The notes below the pieces were generated by a model. It was not told the DNA's origin. It searched no databases and saw nothing but the letters and a program-made list of their open reading frames with translations. Positions 1 to 11,162 of a stretch of 64,000 bases of DNA are shown piece by piece. Each line of letters begins with the position of its first letter. Within the stretch, counting starts at the first letter, position 1. Source of the stretch: an uncultured Thermus sp. (lineage in GTDB: Bacteria > Deinococcota > Deinococci > Deinococcales > Thermaceae); assembly GCA_947085095.1 (NCBI GenBank), contig CAMTVD010000009.1, forward strand, positions 32,199 through 96,198, given 5' to 3'. The translations under genes and the position numbers were made by a program.

Positions 1-28
1 CGGCGGCGAGGGGAAGTAGGGGCCGCAT
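1..28 (-). CDS. 5' end of a CDS running off the window (MRPLLPLAA...), possibly with a signal peptide
   Basis: ATG at 28 preceded by AGGAGAGG SD that overlaps the miaB stop. Confidence 0.5.
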
Positions 29-37
29 CCTCTCCTC

Positions 38-1360
38 CTAGGCCACGGGCAAGGGAATGAGGCTGGGCTCCCGGGCCCCCACCACCTCGCCAAAGAGGAG
101 GTGGGGCGTGGCCTGCTTGACCTCCACCTGGTAAAGCCCCGGGGTGGGGGCCTGGTGAGCGGGGATCAGGACGGGGTGGTTCCCCCGGTCATGCCCCTGC
201 GCGTACCCCTCCTCCTTGGCCGCCCCCCGCACCAGGACCTCCACCCTCTTCCCCACCCACTCTAGGTTCCGGCGGTAGCTCCACTCCTTCTGCTTCTCAA
301 TAAGTCTCTGCAAGCGCTCCACCTTCACCTCCCGGGGCAGGTCCTGGAAGTGCTTGTAGGCGGGGGTGCCGGGACGGGGGGAGTAGATGAACATGTAGGC
401 CTGGTCGTACCCCACCTCGTCGTAGAGGGAAAGGGTATCCTGGAAGTCCTCCTCCGTCTCCCCGGGAAAGCCCACAATGATGTCAGTGGAAAGAACCACA
501 TCAGGAAGAGCCTCGCGGATCCTGCGGATCCTCTCCAGGTAGTGGGCCCGGCGGTACTCCCGGGCCATGCGCCTCAGGACCCGGTCCGAGCCCGACTGCA
601 CGGGGAGGTGGATGTAGCGGGTGATGGCCGGGGTCTCGGCGATGGCCTCTATGATGTCGTCGGTGAAGTTCACCGGGTGGCTGGTGAGGAAGCGCACCCT
701 GGGGATGCCCATCCCCCCCACCATCCTGAGAAGCTCGGCGAAGGAAGGGAAGCCCGGCTGGTCCTTGCCGTAGGAGTTCACGTTCTGGCCCAGGAGGGTG
801 ATCTCCACCACCCCCGCCTCCCTCAGCATCTCAATCTCCTTCAGGATGAGGTCCGGGTGGCGGGAAACCTCGGGGCCCCGGGTGGTGGGGACGATGCAGT
901 AGGTGCAGTGGTGGTTGCACCCCCGGATGATGGTCACGTGGGCGGAAAGCGCCCCCTTGGGGGGCGGAGGGATGTAGTCCAGGACGTCCTCCCGGAAGGT
1001 GAGGTCAAAGAACCGCTCGTTCCCCTTCAGCGCCTCAGGCAAGGAGGTGAGGGCCCCGGGGCCCAGGAGGATGTCCACCCCAAACTTCCTGGCCATCTGC
1101 TGCCCCTCGTCCAGCTGGGCCAAACAGCCCATCAGGCCGATGAGGAGGCCCCGCCTCTCCTTCTCCTTGCGAAGCTGGCCCAAAAGGGAGCGGACCTTCT
1201 CCACCGGCTTGCCCCGCACGGCGCAGGTGTTCACCAAGACGAAGTCCGCCTCCTCCACGGAGTCCACCAGCTCCCACCCCAGGCTCACCAGCTCGCTGGC
1301 CACCAGGTGGGAGTCGTACTCGTTCATCTGGCATCCGAAGGTGATGATGTGGGCGCGCAT
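38..1360 (-). CDS. miaB: tRNA-2-methylthio-N6-dimethylallyladenosine synthase MiaB
   Basis: [12 protein letters not shown]-terminus, radical-[11 protein letters not shown] motif, C-terminal TRAM domain; ATG at 1360 follows AGGAGG SD. Confidence 0.95.
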   Translation of the reverse strand: MRAHIITFGCQMNEYDSHLVASELVSLGWELVDSVEEADFVLVNTCAVRGKPVEKVRSLLGQLRKEKERRGLLIGLMGCLAQLDEGQQMARKFGVDILLGPGALTSLPEALKGNERFFDLTFREDVLDYIPPPPKGALSAHVTIIRGCNHHCTYCIVPTTRGPEVSRHPDLILKEIEMLREAGVVEITLLGQNVNSYGKDQPGFPSFAELLRMVGGMGIPRVRFLTSHPVNFTDDIIEAIAETPAITRYIHLPVQSGSDRVLRRMAREYRRAHYLERIRRIREALPDVVLSTDIIVGFPGETEEDFQDTLSLYDEVGYDQAYMFIYSPRPGTPAYKHFQDLPREVKVERLQRLIEKQKEWSYRRNLEWVGKRVEVLVRGAAKEEGYAQGHDRGNHPVLIPAHQAPTPGLYQVEVKQATPHLLFGEVVGAREPSLIPLPVA

Positions 1361-1411
1361 TCTTCCTCCTGGGCGACCGGGGGGATCCCGGGCCCGTCCC
1401 TTTAGTGTAGC

Positions 1412-1441
1412 AAAAGGGCCTCCCAAAAGCGGGAGACCCTT
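1412..1441 (-). terminator. Intrinsic terminator downstream of the tRNA
   Basis: AAGGGTCTCCC...GGGAGGCCCTTTT on the minus strand. Confidence 0.65.
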
Positions 1442-1446
1442 CAGCC

Positions 1447-1523
1447 TGGTGGCGGCGGTGGGACTCGAACCCACGACACCACGATTATGAGTCGTGTGCT
1501 CTGACCACCTGAGCTACGCCGCC
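1447..1523 (-). tRNA. tRNA with CAT anticodon (elongator Met or Ile2; not initiator because 1:72 is paired)
   Basis: GGCGGCG/CGCCGCC acceptor stem, CTCATAA anticodon loop, GTTCGAGTC T-loop, encoded CCA. Confidence 0.95.
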
Positions 1524-1566
1524 CAGCGCCAGGCAACCCCCATCATAGGGGAGAAGGGCCTAAGGG

Positions 1567-2016
1567 TCAAGGTTCAAACCCGATATGCTCCATGAAGTCG
1601 GGGAGGATTTCTTGGGCAAAGAGCTCCAGGAAAGCCTTCACCGCCCCCAGGCTCACCCCTCCCGTGAGGTCCAGGTCCGACTCTATCCAGACCGCCCCCT
1701 CCCCGTCCAAAAAGGCCCGGCTGAAGCGGCGGTCCCGGTTCCACTGGTTGAGAAGGTCCAGGTCGGGCGGCTCCTCCGGGGTGAAGCCCGCGCTCAGGGT
1801 GAGGACCCCGCAGCGCTCTCCCTGGCAATAGTCCAGGTAGAGCCAGACCCTCTTCAGGCCCGCCATCTCCAGGCGGTACTCGCCCGGGCCGGTGCGCTCG
1901 TAGGCCAGCTGGGCCTCCTGGAATACCCCTTCCAGCTCCTTGGGGGTTATCCCCTTCAAGGAGGCCTGCGCCAAAGCCATGCCCAAAGCCAAAACCACAA
2001 ACAAAAATACCCGCAT
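1567..2016 (-). CDS. Secreted YbjN-domain protein
   Basis: Signal peptide; LNQWNRDRRFSRAFLD...LESDLDL-like YbjN signature. Confidence 0.75.
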   Translation of the reverse strand: MRVFLFVVLALGMALAQASLKGITPKELEGVFQEAQLAYERTGPGEYRLEMAGLKRVWLYLDYCQGERCGVLTLSAGFTPEEPPDLDLLNQWNRDRRFSRAFLDGEGAVWIESDLDLTGGVSLGAVKAFLELFAQEILPDFMEHIGFEP

Positions 2017-2051
2017 GAAATCCCCCTTCCGTCCCCGAGGACCCCCTCAGC

Positions 2052-3164
2052 TTACACGATGCCCCGCTCCCTCACGAGGCTTCCTTTTAGGAAGCGCTCC
2101 AGGCGGAAGGGCCCTATGTCCAGGCTCCGGGCCCGGCCGAAAACCACCTCCTCCGCCATGAGGCGGCCCACCATGGCCGCCTGCTGCACCCCATGCCCAG
2201 AGAAGCCCGCCGCCACCAGAAGCCCCTCGGCCACGAAGCCCAGGATGGGGTTGTGGTCCGGCGTGACCTCGTAGTAGCCCCACCAGCTGGCCCTCCGGTC
2301 CAGGGAGAGCTCCGAGAGGAAGGGGAAGCGGGCGAGGCCCGCCTCGAGGGTGGGCCCAAGCCAGGCCCAGTCCACCCCCTCGCTAAACCCCGGGGGCTCC
2401 TCGGAGTTGGAGCGGCCGAAGAGGAGGCGCTCCCCCTCGGAGCGCAGGTAAAAGCCCGTCCCCAGGTCAATGGTGAGGGGAAAGGCGTGGGGGAAGGGGG
2501 CCGGGGCCGTGGCAAAGACCATGCGCCTGAGGGGCCATATGGGGATCTCCAGCCCCAGCCGCCGCCCCACCTCCCCCGTCCAGGCCCCGGTGCAGAGGAG
2601 GAGGAAGGGAGCCTCGTGCCGCCCCTTGGGGGTCTCTACCCGCCAAAGGCCCCCATGGCGCTCGGCGAAGAGGAGGGGCTCAGCAAAGCGCACCTCGGCC
2701 CCAAGCCGCCTGGCCTCCTTTAGGTAAAAGGCCGTGGCCCCGTGGGGGTCCATCACCCCGTCCATGGGCCCAAAGGTGGCGAAGGCCAAGCCCTCCTCCC
2801 GGAAGGGCACCTTCTCCCTGGCCTCCGCCAGGCCGAGCCGCTCCACGGGCACCCCCAAGGCTCTCTGCGTCCTCAAGGCCTCCTCCTGAGCCTCCGCCAG
2901 AGCCTCGGGAACCAGAAAGAGGTAACCGATGGGCCGGTAGCCCGCCTCGGGGATCCCCCGGTACTCCAGGATGGAGTGGTAGGAAAGGAGGACATTTAGG
3001 GGCTCGGAGAACTGCACCCTGACCCCCGCCGCGCTCCTTCCCGTGGACCCCTGGGCGAAGGTAGCCTCCTTCTCCAGGAGCAAAACCTCCAGTCCCGCCT
3101 CCGCTAGCCGGTAGGCCGAGGCCGCCCCCAGGATCCCCGCCCCCACCACGATGACCCGGGCCAC
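2052..3164 (-). CDS. FAD-dependent oxidoreductase (DAO / sarcosine oxidase beta family)
   Basis: VVGAGILG Rossmann motif, STGRSAAG, TPDHNPILG, GFSGHG. Confidence 0.9.
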   Translation of the reverse strand: MARVIVVGAGILGAASAYRLAEAGLEVLLLEKEATFAQGSTGRSAAGVRVQFSEPLNVLLSYHSILEYRGIPEAGYRPIGYLFLVPEALAEAQEEALRTQRALGVPVERLGLAEAREKVPFREEGLAFATFGPMDGVMDPHGATAFYLKEARRLGAEVRFAEPLLFAERHGGLWRVETPKGRHEAPFLLLCTGAWTGEVGRRLGLEIPIWPLRRMVFATAPAPFPHAFPLTIDLGTGFYLRSEGERLLFGRSNSEEPPGFSEGVDWAWLGPTLEAGLARFPFLSELSLDRRASWWGYYEVTPDHNPILGFVAEGLLVAAGFSGHGVQQAAMVGRLMAEEVVFGRARSLDIGPFRLERFLKGSLVRERGIV

Positions 3165-3236
3165 GCCCTGAGTCTACCAAGGGCTCCCCTGTGGTGTAGT
3201 GTAAAAGAGGGCGTTTCCGCCCCAGGAGGTGAAGCC

Positions 3237-4727
3237 ATGCCCCTGATCACCACGGAAACCGGCAAGAAGGTGCACGTTCTCGAGGACGGGCGCAAACTCA
3301 TCACCGTCATCCCCGGAGACGGGATCGGCCCCGAGTGCGTGGAGGCCACCCTCAAGATCCTCGAGGCCGCCAAAGCTCCCTTAGCCTACGAGGTACGGGA
3401 GGCGGGAGCCAGCGTCTTCAAGAAGGGCATCGCCTCGGGTGTACCCCAGGAGACCATAGAGTCCATCCGCAAGACCCGGGTGGCCCTAAAAGGCCCCCTG
3501 GAGACCCCGGTGGGCTATGGGGAGAAGAGCGCCAACGTCACCCTGAGGAAGCTCTTTGAAACCTACGCCAATGTCCGCCCCGTGCGGGAGTTTCCCAACG
3601 TCCCCACCCCCTACTCGGGCCGGGGCATTGACCTGGTGGTGGTGCGGGAGAACGTGGAGGACCTCTACGCGGGGATTGAGCACATGCAGACCCCCGGCGT
3701 GGCCCAGACCCTCAAGCTCATCTCCTGGAAGGGCTCGGAGAAGATCGCCCGTTTCGCCTTTGAGCTGGCCCGGGCTGAGGGGCGGGGGAAGGTCCACTGC
3801 GCCACCAAGTCCAACATCATGAAGCTCGCCGAGGGGACCCTGAAGCGGGCCTTTGAGAGGGTGGCCCAGGACTACCCCGAGATAGAAGCCCACCACATCA
3901 TCGTGGACAACGCCGCCCACCAGCTGGTGAAAAGGCCCGAGCAGTTTGAGGTCTTAGTCACCAGCAACATGAACGGGGACATCCTCTCCGACCTCACCTC
4001 GGGGCTCATCGGCGGCCTGGGCTTCGCCCCCTCGGCCAACATCGGCAACGAGGTGGCCATCTTTGAGGCCGTCCACGGCTCCGCCCCCAAGTACGCCGGG
4101 AAGAACGTCATCAACCCCACCGCCGTCCTCCTCTCCGCGGTGATGATGCTCCGCTACCTGGAGGAGTTCGCCACGGCGGACCTCATTGAGAACGCCGTCC
4201 TCTACACCCTCGAGGAGGGCCGGGTCCTCACGGGGGACGTGGTGGGCTACGACCGGGGGGCCAAGACCACGGAGTACACCGAGGCCATCATCCAGAACCT
4301 GGGGAAGACCCCCAAGAAGGCCCGGGTGCGGGACTACAAGCCCTTCCGCCTGCCCCAGGTGAAGGAGGCCATCGCCGCCATCGTCCCCAAGAGCCGCAGG
4401 GTGGTGGGGGTGGACATCTTCGTGGAAACCGACCTCCTGCCCGAGCCCCTGGGGAAGGCCCTGGAGGACCTCGCCGCGGGCACCCCCTTCCGGCTCAAGA
4501 TGGTCTCCAACCGCGGCACCCAGGTCTACCCCCCCACCGGAGGGCTCACCGACCTGGTGGACCACTACCGCTGCCGGTTCCTTTACCGGGGGGAGGGGGA
4601 GGCCAAGGACCAAGAGATCCTGGACCTGGTAAGCCGGGTGGCCAGCCGCTTCCGCTGGATGCACCTGGAAAAGCTCCAGGAGTTTGACGGCGAACCCGGT
4701 TTCACCAAGGCCCAAGGAGAGGACTGA
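3237..4727 (+). CDS. icd: NADP-dependent isocitrate dehydrogenase (Thermus type with C-terminal extension)
   Basis: PGDGIGPE, KGPLETP, NMNGDILSD, EAVHGSAPKYAG; AGGAGG SD. Confidence 0.93.
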   Translation: MPLITTETGKKVHVLEDGRKLITVIPGDGIGPECVEATLKILEAAKAPLAYEVREAGASVFKKGIASGVPQETIESIRKTRVALKGPLETPVGYGEKSANVTLRKLFETYANVRPVREFPNVPTPYSGRGIDLVVVRENVEDLYAGIEHMQTPGVAQTLKLISWKGSEKIARFAFELARAEGRGKVHCATKSNIMKLAEGTLKRAFERVAQDYPEIEAHHIIVDNAAHQLVKRPEQFEVLVTSNMNGDILSDLTSGLIGGLGFAPSANIGNEVAIFEAVHGSAPKYAGKNVINPTAVLLSAVMMLRYLEEFATADLIENAVLYTLEEGRVLTGDVVGYDRGAKTTEYTEAIIQNLGKTPKKARVRDYKPFRLPQVKEAIAAIVPKSRRVVGVDIFVETDLLPEPLGKALEDLAAGTPFRLKMVSNRGTQVYPPTGGLTDLVDHYRCRFLYRGEGEAKDQEILDLVSRVASRFRWMHLEKLQEFDGEPGFTKAQGED

Positions 4728-4808
4728 AACCCCAGAAGGACCCACCGTACACCCGGCCTCCGCCATAACGAAGAAGGGTACGAAAGCATCATCGCGTAGA
4801 GGAAAACC

Positions 4809-6089
4809 ATGGCTTACACACACATCAAACTCCCGGAAGAAGGCGAGCGGATCACCATCCAAGACGGCGTGCTCCAGGTCCCGAACCAGCCCATCATCGG
4901 CTTCATTGAGGGGGACGGAACGGGTCCAGATATCTGGAGAGCGGCCAAACCCGTTCTAGACGCGGCGGTAGCCAAGGCCTACGGCGGGCGGCGGCGCATC
5001 GTTTGGGTAGAGCTTTACGCCGGGGAAAAGGCCAACCAGGTCTACGGGGAGCCCATCTGGCTTCCCAAGGAAACCCTGGCGTTCATCCAGGAGTACCTGG
5101 TGGCCATCAAGGGCCCCCTGACCACGCCGGTGGGCGGGGGCATCCGCAGCATCAACGTGGCCCTCAGGCAGGAGCTGGACCTCTACGCCTGCGTGCGCCC
5201 CGTGCGCTGGTTCCAGGGGGTGCCGAGCCCGGTGAAGCACCCGGAGCTGGTGAACATGGTCATCTTCCGGGAGAACACCGAGGACATCTACGCCGGGGTT
5301 GAGTGGCCGGCGGGGAGCGAAGGGGTGCAGAAGGTCCTGGACTTCCTCAAAAGGGAGTTCCCCCAGGCCTACGCCAAGGTCCGCTTCCCCGAGACCCCGG
5401 GCCTGGGCCTGAAGCCCATTTCCCAGGAGGGGACGGAGCGCCTGGTGGAGGCGGCCATTGAGTACGCCATCAAGGAGGACCTCCCCAGCGTGACCCTGGT
5501 GCACAAGGGGAACATCATGAAGTTCACCGAAGGGGCCTTCCGGGAGTGGGGCTACGCCCTGGCCCGGGAGAAGTACGGGGCCAAACCTTTGGACGGCGGG
5601 CCCTGGCACGTGCTCAAGAACCCCCGCACCGGCCGGGAGATCGTCATCAAGGACATGATCGCCGACAACTTCCTGCAGCAGATCCTCCTCCGCCCCGACG
5701 AGTACTCGGTGATCGCCACCATGAACCTCAACGGGGACTACCTCTCCGACGCCCTGGCCGCCCAGGTGGGAGGGATCGGCATCGCTCCCGGGGCCAACAT
5801 CAACTACAAGACGGGGCACGCCGTCTTTGAGGCCACCCACGGCACCGCTCCCAAGTACGCGGGCCAGGACAAGGTGAACCCCAGTAGCGTCATCCTCTCC
5901 GGGGAGATGATGCTCCGCTACCTGGGCTGGAACGAGGCGGCGGACCTGATCCTCAGGGCCATGGAGAGAACCATCGGCAAAGGCCTCGTCACCTACGACT
6001 TCCACCGCCTCCTGGTGGCCGAGGGCAAGCCCGCCACCCTCCTTAAGACCAGCGAGTTCGGCCAGGCCCTGATCCAGCACATGGACTAG
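4809..6089 (+). CDS. icd: Second NADP-dependent isocitrate dehydrogenase (E. coli/Bacillus homodimeric type)
   Basis: [52 protein letters not shown]. Confidence 0.93.
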   Translation: MAYTHIKLPEEGERITIQDGVLQVPNQPIIGFIEGDGTGPDIWRAAKPVLDAAVAKAYGGRRRIVWVELYAGEKANQVYGEPIWLPKETLAFIQEYLVAIKGPLTTPVGGGIRSINVALRQELDLYACVRPVRWFQGVPSPVKHPELVNMVIFRENTEDIYAGVEWPAGSEGVQKVLDFLKREFPQAYAKVRFPETPGLGLKPISQEGTERLVEAAIEYAIKEDLPSVTLVHKGNIMKFTEGAFREWGYALAREKYGAKPLDGGPWHVLKNPRTGREIVIKDMIADNFLQQILLRPDEYSVIATMNLNGDYLSDALAAQVGGIGIAPGANINYKTGHAVFEATHGTAPKYAGQDKVNPSSVILSGEMMLRYLGWNEAADLILRAMERTIGKGLVTYDFHRLLVAEGKPATLLKTSEFGQALIQHMD

Positions 6090-7873
6090 GCCAGGGCGAA
6101 GCGGGCCTCGAGGGCCCCTAGGTCCGCCTCCAGGAAGTGGAGGCGGGCCTCGGTGTTTAGGGGAAGGGGGTGGGAGAGCGCCACCTGGGTGGTGAGGCCC
6201 AGCTCGGGAAGGAGGAAGACCCCCTGGCCCCCCCGCCGTTCCACCAGAACCCCGGGGCCCTCGTAGCCCTTTTCCATCAGGTAAAGAAGGGTCCAGTGGA
6301 GCTTGCTCCGCCTCTCCGCCTCCCGCACCAGGTCGGCCACGGCCTCCGCCGCCCCCACCCTCTCCAGGATCTCCCTCTGGGAAAGGGGCTTCTCCCCTCT
6401 GAGCCAGGCCCTAAGCTGCTGGTGGGCCACCAGGTCCAGGTAGCGCCTTAGAGGGCTCGTCACCTGGGCGTAAAGGGGAAGGCCCAGGCCCTTGTGAGGG
6501 GCGGGCACCGCCTTGAGCTGGGCCCGTTTCAGGGTGCGCCGCTGGGCGAAAAGGGCCGCCAGCCCTTCCCCTTCCACCCGATGGGAAGGAGCCTCCTGGG
6601 TGGCAAAGGGGAAGGGAAGGCCCTCCTTAAGGGCCAGGTGGGCGGCGGCGTAGCCCGCGAGGAGCATGGCCTCCCGCACCCAGACCCGGCTCTCGTAGGG
6701 GGGGAGAGGGGTGATCCTGATCTCCTCCCCCTCCACCCGCACCTTCACCTCGGGGAGGGCGATGTCCAGGGCCCCCTGGGCCAAGCGCTTGTCCAGAAAG
6801 GCCTCCGCCAGCTCCTTCAGGGGGCCCAAGGCCTCCACCCCCAGGGCCTCCCGGTAGGTGAGGCGCCTCACCCGCACCCAGGAGAGGTAAAGGGCCTCTT
6901 CCAGAAGCTCCCCTTCTGGGGAGACCAGGAGGTCAAAGGTGAGGGCGGGGGAAACCTCCTTTAGCCCCAGGCCCAGGGCCTCGGTGACGGCCAAGGGGAG
7001 CATGGGCACCGTGCCCTCGGGGAGGTAGAGGTTGGCCCCCCGGCGGAGGGCCTCCCCGTCCAAGGGGCTTCCCGGGGCCACCAGGGCCGCCACGTCGGCC
7101 ACGTGCACCAGGAGGCGGAAGCCCTCCTCCACCCTTTCGGCGTAGACCGCGTCGTCCGGGTCCTGGCTTCCCTCGTCGTCAATGGCGAAGGCAAGGAGGT
7201 GGGTGAGGTCCACCCGCTCCTCCTCGGGGAGGGGGGGTACGGGAAGGTCTGGCGGGGCCAGGGGAAGGCCAAGCCGCCTGGGGTGGGGGTTTTCCCGCCG
7301 CCAAAGCCCAAGGCGCAGGAGGAGGCCGTGGGCGGCCTCGGGGGTTTCGGGAAGGCCCAGGGCCTTCAGGACCCGGCTTTCCTTCCGCTCCCCGTAGGCC
7401 AGGGCCTCCACTTCGGCCAGAAGGGGGCGGTCCTCGGGGGAGGGCCGTCCCTGGCGGATCCGCTCCAGGGCCTCCTGAAAGGCCCGCTCCCTCTCCTCCC
7501 TGCGCCTTTTCATCTCCTCCAGGGAGGCCAGCTCCTCCCGGGTGCGGGCCCGGACCTCGCCACCCTCCAGGACGAACCTCTCCCCCTTCTGGGCCAGGAG
7601 GTAGGCCCCGTAGGCGGCCTCGGGGGTGTACTGGCCGTAGACCAGCTCGGCCAGCTCCTTCAGGCTCACCCTCTGGCCCTGGAGGAGTTCCCAGGCCTCT
7701 TCCTCCTCCCCCTCGGGTACCCTCAGGTCCAGGCTGGCGGGGCCGGGGTGGAGGAAAAGCACATCCTTGGGGCGAACCTTGAGCTTTTCCCCGCCTTCAA
7801 GGGTGATCTCCAAGCGGTCCCCCTTCTCCTCCGCCAGGGCGGGCTTGCCTTTGTAGATGACGAGCGCGGCCAC
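6086..7873 (-). CDS. RNB-domain exoribonuclease (RNase II/R family)
   Basis: [35 protein letters not shown]. Confidence 0.92.
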   Translation of the reverse strand: MAALVIYKGKPALAEEKGDRLEITLEGGEKLKVRPKDVLFLHPGPASLDLRVPEGEEEEAWELLQGQRVSLKELAELVYGQYTPEAAYGAYLLAQKGERFVLEGGEVRARTREELASLEEMKRRREERERAFQEALERIRQGRPSPEDRPLLAEVEALAYGERKESRVLKALGLPETPEAAHGLLLRLGLWRRENPHPRRLGLPLAPPDLPVPPLPEEERVDLTHLLAFAIDDEGSQDPDDAVYAERVEEGFRLLVHVADVAALVAPGSPLDGEALRRGANLYLPEGTVPMLPLAVTEALGLGLKEVSPALTFDLLVSPEGELLEEALYLSWVRVRRLTYREALGVEALGPLKELAEAFLDKRLAQGALDIALPEVKVRVEGEEIRITPLPPYESRVWVREAMLLAGYAAAHLALKEGLPFPFATQEAPSHRVEGEGLAALFAQRRTLKRAQLKAVPAPHKGLGLPLYAQVTSPLRRYLDLVAHQQLRAWLRGEKPLSQREILERVGAAEAVADLVREAERRSKLHWTLLYLMEKGYEGPGVLVERRGGQGVFLLPELGLTTQVALSHPLPLNTEARLHFLEADLGALEARFALA

Positions 7874-7908
7874 GCCCCCTAGGATAGCGGACAGGTATAG
7901 TGAGGCCC

Positions 7909-9621
7909 ATGGAGTGGGACCTTTCGGACCTCTACGCCTCCCCTGAGGACCCCAGGCTTTTCCAGGACCTCGAGGCCGCCCTGGCCGTGGCCCAGGGCCT
8001 AGACCCCAAGGACCTCCTAAAGCCGGATAGGACAGCGGACCTCCTCGCCCGCTACGAGAAGGCCTTGGAGCTCGCCTACAAGCCCCTGAACTACGCCAGC
8101 CTCTACTTCGCCACCCGCACCCAGGACCCCGGGGCCAAGGCCCTCTTGGACCGGGTCAGGAACCGCTACACCGAGGTGAAAAACCACCTCGTCCCCCTGG
8201 AGGTGGCCCTGAGGAAGCTCCCCGAGGAGGCCTTCCAGGCCCTTTTGGCCCACCCGGGCCTCACGGACCTCCGCCACTTCCTGGAAAGGCAGCGGGCCTA
8301 CGCCCCCTACACCCTTTCTGAGCGGGAAGAGGAGCTCCTGAACCTCAAGGGCCTGGTGGGTAAAAGCGCCTGGAGCCAGTTCTACACGGAGTACACGGGC
8401 CGCTTCCGCTTTCTGGTGCGGGGCCAGGAGCTCACGGAGATGGAGGTGCGGGCCCTGAGGCGGGACCCCGACCCCGAGGTGCGCCGGGAAGCCCACCAGG
8501 TCCTCTATGCCAGGCTTCTGGAGGAAGCGCCCACCCTGAGCGCCGTCTTTAACGCGGTTTATCTGGACTATCTCCAGGACCTCCGCCTGCGGAACTACGG
8601 GAACCCCCTGGAGCCCGTGGCCCTAAGGGATGAGGTGGAGGTGCGGGACATTGAGGCCCTCCTTTCGGCCACGGAAAGCTTCTACCCCCTGGTGGAGCGC
8701 TACTACCTCTGGAAGGCGAAAAGGCTCGGCCTGGAGAAGACCCCAAGCCAGGACCTCCTCGCCCCCTTAGGGGAGAAGCCCAAGGTGCCCTTTGAAGAGG
8801 CCAAGGAGATGGTCCTCGAGGCCTTCCGCCGCTTCTCCCCCGAGGTGGAGGGCATCGCCCGGGAGTTCTTTGAAAAGCGCTGGATAGACGTTTACCCCAG
8901 GCCCGGCAAGCGGGGCGGAGCCTTCTGTAGCGGGGGGCTTCCCTCCACCCACCCCTACGTCCTCCTCAACCACACCGACGACCTGGACAGCGCCCACACC
9001 CTGGCCCACGAGCTGGGGCACGGGGTGCATTTCTACTTGGCGAGGAAGCAGCGCCTCCTCAACTTCGGGGCCTCCACCCCCCTGGCGGAGACCGCCAGCG
9101 TCTTCGCGGAGATCCTCCTGGACGACCTCCTTTTGGAGAGACTTTCCGGCGAGGAGAAAACCCTCCTCCTGGCGGAGCGGGTGGAGGACGCCATCAACAC
9201 CCTCTTCCGCCAGGTGATGTACACCTTCTTTGAGAAGCGGAGCCTCCTGGCCCGGCAAGAAGCCGCCCTCTCCCCCGAGGCCTTCCACCAGATCTGGCAG
9301 GAGGAGCAGAGGAGGCTTTACGGGGAGGGCGTGGCCTGGACCGAGCTGGACCAGTCCGCTTGGGCGGGCATCCCCCACTTCGTCCACTACCGCTTCTACA
9401 CCTATAGCTACGCCTTAGGCTACCTGGTGGTCCTGGCCCTCTACGGCCGTTACCGGGAGGAGGGGAAGGCCTTCGTGCCCAAGTACCTGGAGGTGCTGAA
9501 GGCGGGGGAAAAGGCGAGCCCCAAGGAGATCCTGGCCCAAGCCGGGGTGGAGCTCGCCTCCGAGGCCTTCTTCCGCTACGGCTTCGGGGTCTTGGAGGAC
9601 TGGATCAAGGCCCTTCCCTAG
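7909..9621 (+). CDS. M3 family oligoendopeptidase F
   Basis: WDLSDLY N-terminus, GKRGGAFC, HELGH zinc motif, HF..YTYSY; ATG 7909 lies 7 nt after TATAGT. Confidence 0.92.
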   Translation: MEWDLSDLYASPEDPRLFQDLEAALAVAQGLDPKDLLKPDRTADLLARYEKALELAYKPLNYASLYFATRTQDPGAKALLDRVRNRYTEVKNHLVPLEVALRKLPEEAFQALLAHPGLTDLRHFLERQRAYAPYTLSEREEELLNLKGLVGKSAWSQFYTEYTGRFRFLVRGQELTEMEVRALRRDPDPEVRREAHQVLYARLLEEAPTLSAVFNAVYLDYLQDLRLRNYGNPLEPVALRDEVEVRDIEALLSATESFYPLVERYYLWKAKRLGLEKTPSQDLLAPLGEKPKVPFEEAKEMVLEAFRRFSPEVEGIAREFFEKRWIDVYPRPGKRGGAFCSGGLPSTHPYVLLNHTDDLDSAHTLAHELGHGVHFYLARKQRLLNFGASTPLAETASVFAEILLDDLLLERLSGEEKTLLLAERVEDAINTLFRQVMYTFFEKRSLLARQEAALSPEAFHQIWQEEQRRLYGEGVAWTELDQSAWAGIPHFVHYRFYTYSYALGYLVVLALYGRYREEGKAFVPKYLEVLKAGEKASPKEILAQAGVELASEAFFRYGFGVLEDWIKALP

Positions 9622-9635
9622 GCGAAAATAAAGGG

Positions 9636-10679
9636 ATGGACCTGGTCTACCGCCCCGAGCGCTACCCCTTCCTCACCCAGGACCTCCCCGGGATAGGGGG
9701 GGTGATCCGCCTCCTCCCTCAGGACTTCCAGGTGGAGGAGGTGCCCGCCTACCTGCCCAGCGGGGAAGGGGAGCACCTCTACCTCCTCCTGGAGAAGGAG
9801 GGCCTCACCACCCGGGAGGTCTTTGAGTTCCTGCGGGACCAGGTGGGCGTCCCGGAAAAAGAGATCGGGGTGGCGGGCCTCAAGGACAAGCACGCCCTCA
9901 CCCGGCAGTGGTTTTCCATCCCCAGGAAGCACGAGGATGCCCTCTGCCTTTTGGAAAACCTAAGGGGGGTACGGCTCCTCCACGCTGACCTCCACACCAA
10001 CAAGCTGAGGATCGGCCACCTCAGGGGAAACCGCTTCCGGATCCTCATCCGGGAGCCCCAGGGAGGAAGGGAGCGGGCGGAGGCCATCCTTCGGGTCCTT
10101 CAGGAGAAGGGGGTGCCCAACTACTACGGCCCCCAGCGCTTCGGCCTTAAGGGCCTGAACCCGGTGCGGGGGTACGAGCTTTTGCAGAAAGGGAAGGGCC
10201 GGGGAACCCCCTGGCTCAAGCGCTTCCTCATGGGAAGCCTCCAGAGCCTCCTCTTCAACGACTGGGTGGCCCTCAGGATGGAAAAGGGCCTTTACGACCG
10301 GGTGATCCCCGGGGACTGGGCCAAGAAGCACGCCACGGGGGGGGAGTTCCTGGTGGAAAGCGCATCCGAGACGGAACGGGCCCTGCGCCTGGAGATCAGC
10401 GCCACCGGGCCCCTCTTCGGCAAGAAGTACCCGGAGGCCCAGGGAGAGGCCCGGGCCCTCGAGGACGAGGTCCTGGAGCGCTACGCCTTGAAGCGGGAGG
10501 ACTTTAAGGCCCGCCGGGGAGCCAGGCGGCCCATCCGGGTACCCCTGGCCGAGTGGGAGGTGCGGGAAACCCCGGAAGGGCTGTGGCTCTCCTTCTTCCT
10601 CCCCAAGGGGAGCTACGCCACGAGCCTCCTCCGGGAGGTGATGAAGCGGGAGGTGGACGCCCCGGACGAGGAAGAATAA
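9636..10679 (+). CDS. truD: tRNA pseudouridine(13) synthase TruD
   Basis: DFQVEE, AGLKDKHALTRQW, GNRFRI, NYYGPQRFG, FFLPKGSYAT. Confidence 0.95.
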   Translation: MDLVYRPERYPFLTQDLPGIGGVIRLLPQDFQVEEVPAYLPSGEGEHLYLLLEKEGLTTREVFEFLRDQVGVPEKEIGVAGLKDKHALTRQWFSIPRKHEDALCLLENLRGVRLLHADLHTNKLRIGHLRGNRFRILIREPQGGRERAEAILRVLQEKGVPNYYGPQRFGLKGLNPVRGYELLQKGKGRGTPWLKRFLMGSLQSLLFNDWVALRMEKGLYDRVIPGDWAKKHATGGEFLVESASETERALRLEISATGPLFGKKYPEAQGEARALEDEVLERYALKREDFKARRGARRPIRVPLAEWEVRETPEGLWLSFFLPKGSYATSLLREVMKREVDAPDEEE

Positions 10680-10680
10680 C

Positions 10681-10704
10681 CCCCCCACCCCATGGGGTGG
10701 GGGG
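10681..10704. terminator. Perfect 24-bp palindrome between convergent genes (bidirectional terminator or REP-like element)
   Basis: CCCCCCACCCCA/TGGGGTGGGGGG. Confidence 0.6.
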
Positions 10705-10718
10705 CTCCGCCTCCTGGC

Positions 10719-11159
10719 CTAGAAGCGGTAGCCCAGCTTGAGCTGGGCCGCCAGCGCATTCCCCGCAAGGCCGATGTCCCCGCCCAGGAAGAAGGGGCTA
10801 CCCAGGACTGCTTTCAGGTCGTACTCCGCATCCGCCCGGAAGTAGAGCCTGGTGTTGCCGAAGTCAAACCCCGGGACGCTCACCCCCAGGCCCACCCCCA
10901 CCTTCAGCCCCTCGGGGAAGGGGTAGAGGTAGCGGAGGAGGAAAGCGCCGTTGACCTTGCCGCCCTCGTCATAGGCCAGGTCCAGGGCTGGGCGCACCTC
11001 CCCCACCGGGGGCTGGAAGAGGAGGCAGTGCCAGGAAACCTCCACCCCAAACCCCTGGGTTCCGCCAATAGCCGCCAGGGAGGGCCTTAGGTTCTCCACG
11101 GAAAACTGGGCCGAGGCCACGCCAAGGGCCAAAACCAACGCCGCCAAAAGTTTCCTCAT
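10719..11159 (-). CDS. Hypothetical outer-membrane beta-barrel protein
   Basis: Signal peptide, alternating beta-strand pattern, C-terminal LKLGYRF. Confidence 0.7.
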   Translation of the reverse strand: MRKLLAALVLALGVASAQFSVENLRPSLAAIGGTQGFGVEVSWHCLLFQPPVGEVRPALDLAYDEGGKVNGAFLLRYLYPFPEGLKVGVGLGVSVPGFDFGNTRLYFRADAEYDLKAVLGSPFFLGGDIGLAGNALAAQLKLGYRF

Positions 11160-11162
11160 AGT

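Noticed and set aside
1447..2016. tRNA-associated genomic island or prophage
   Set aside because: No integrase, att duplication or compositional shift; the flanks are housekeeping-type genes.
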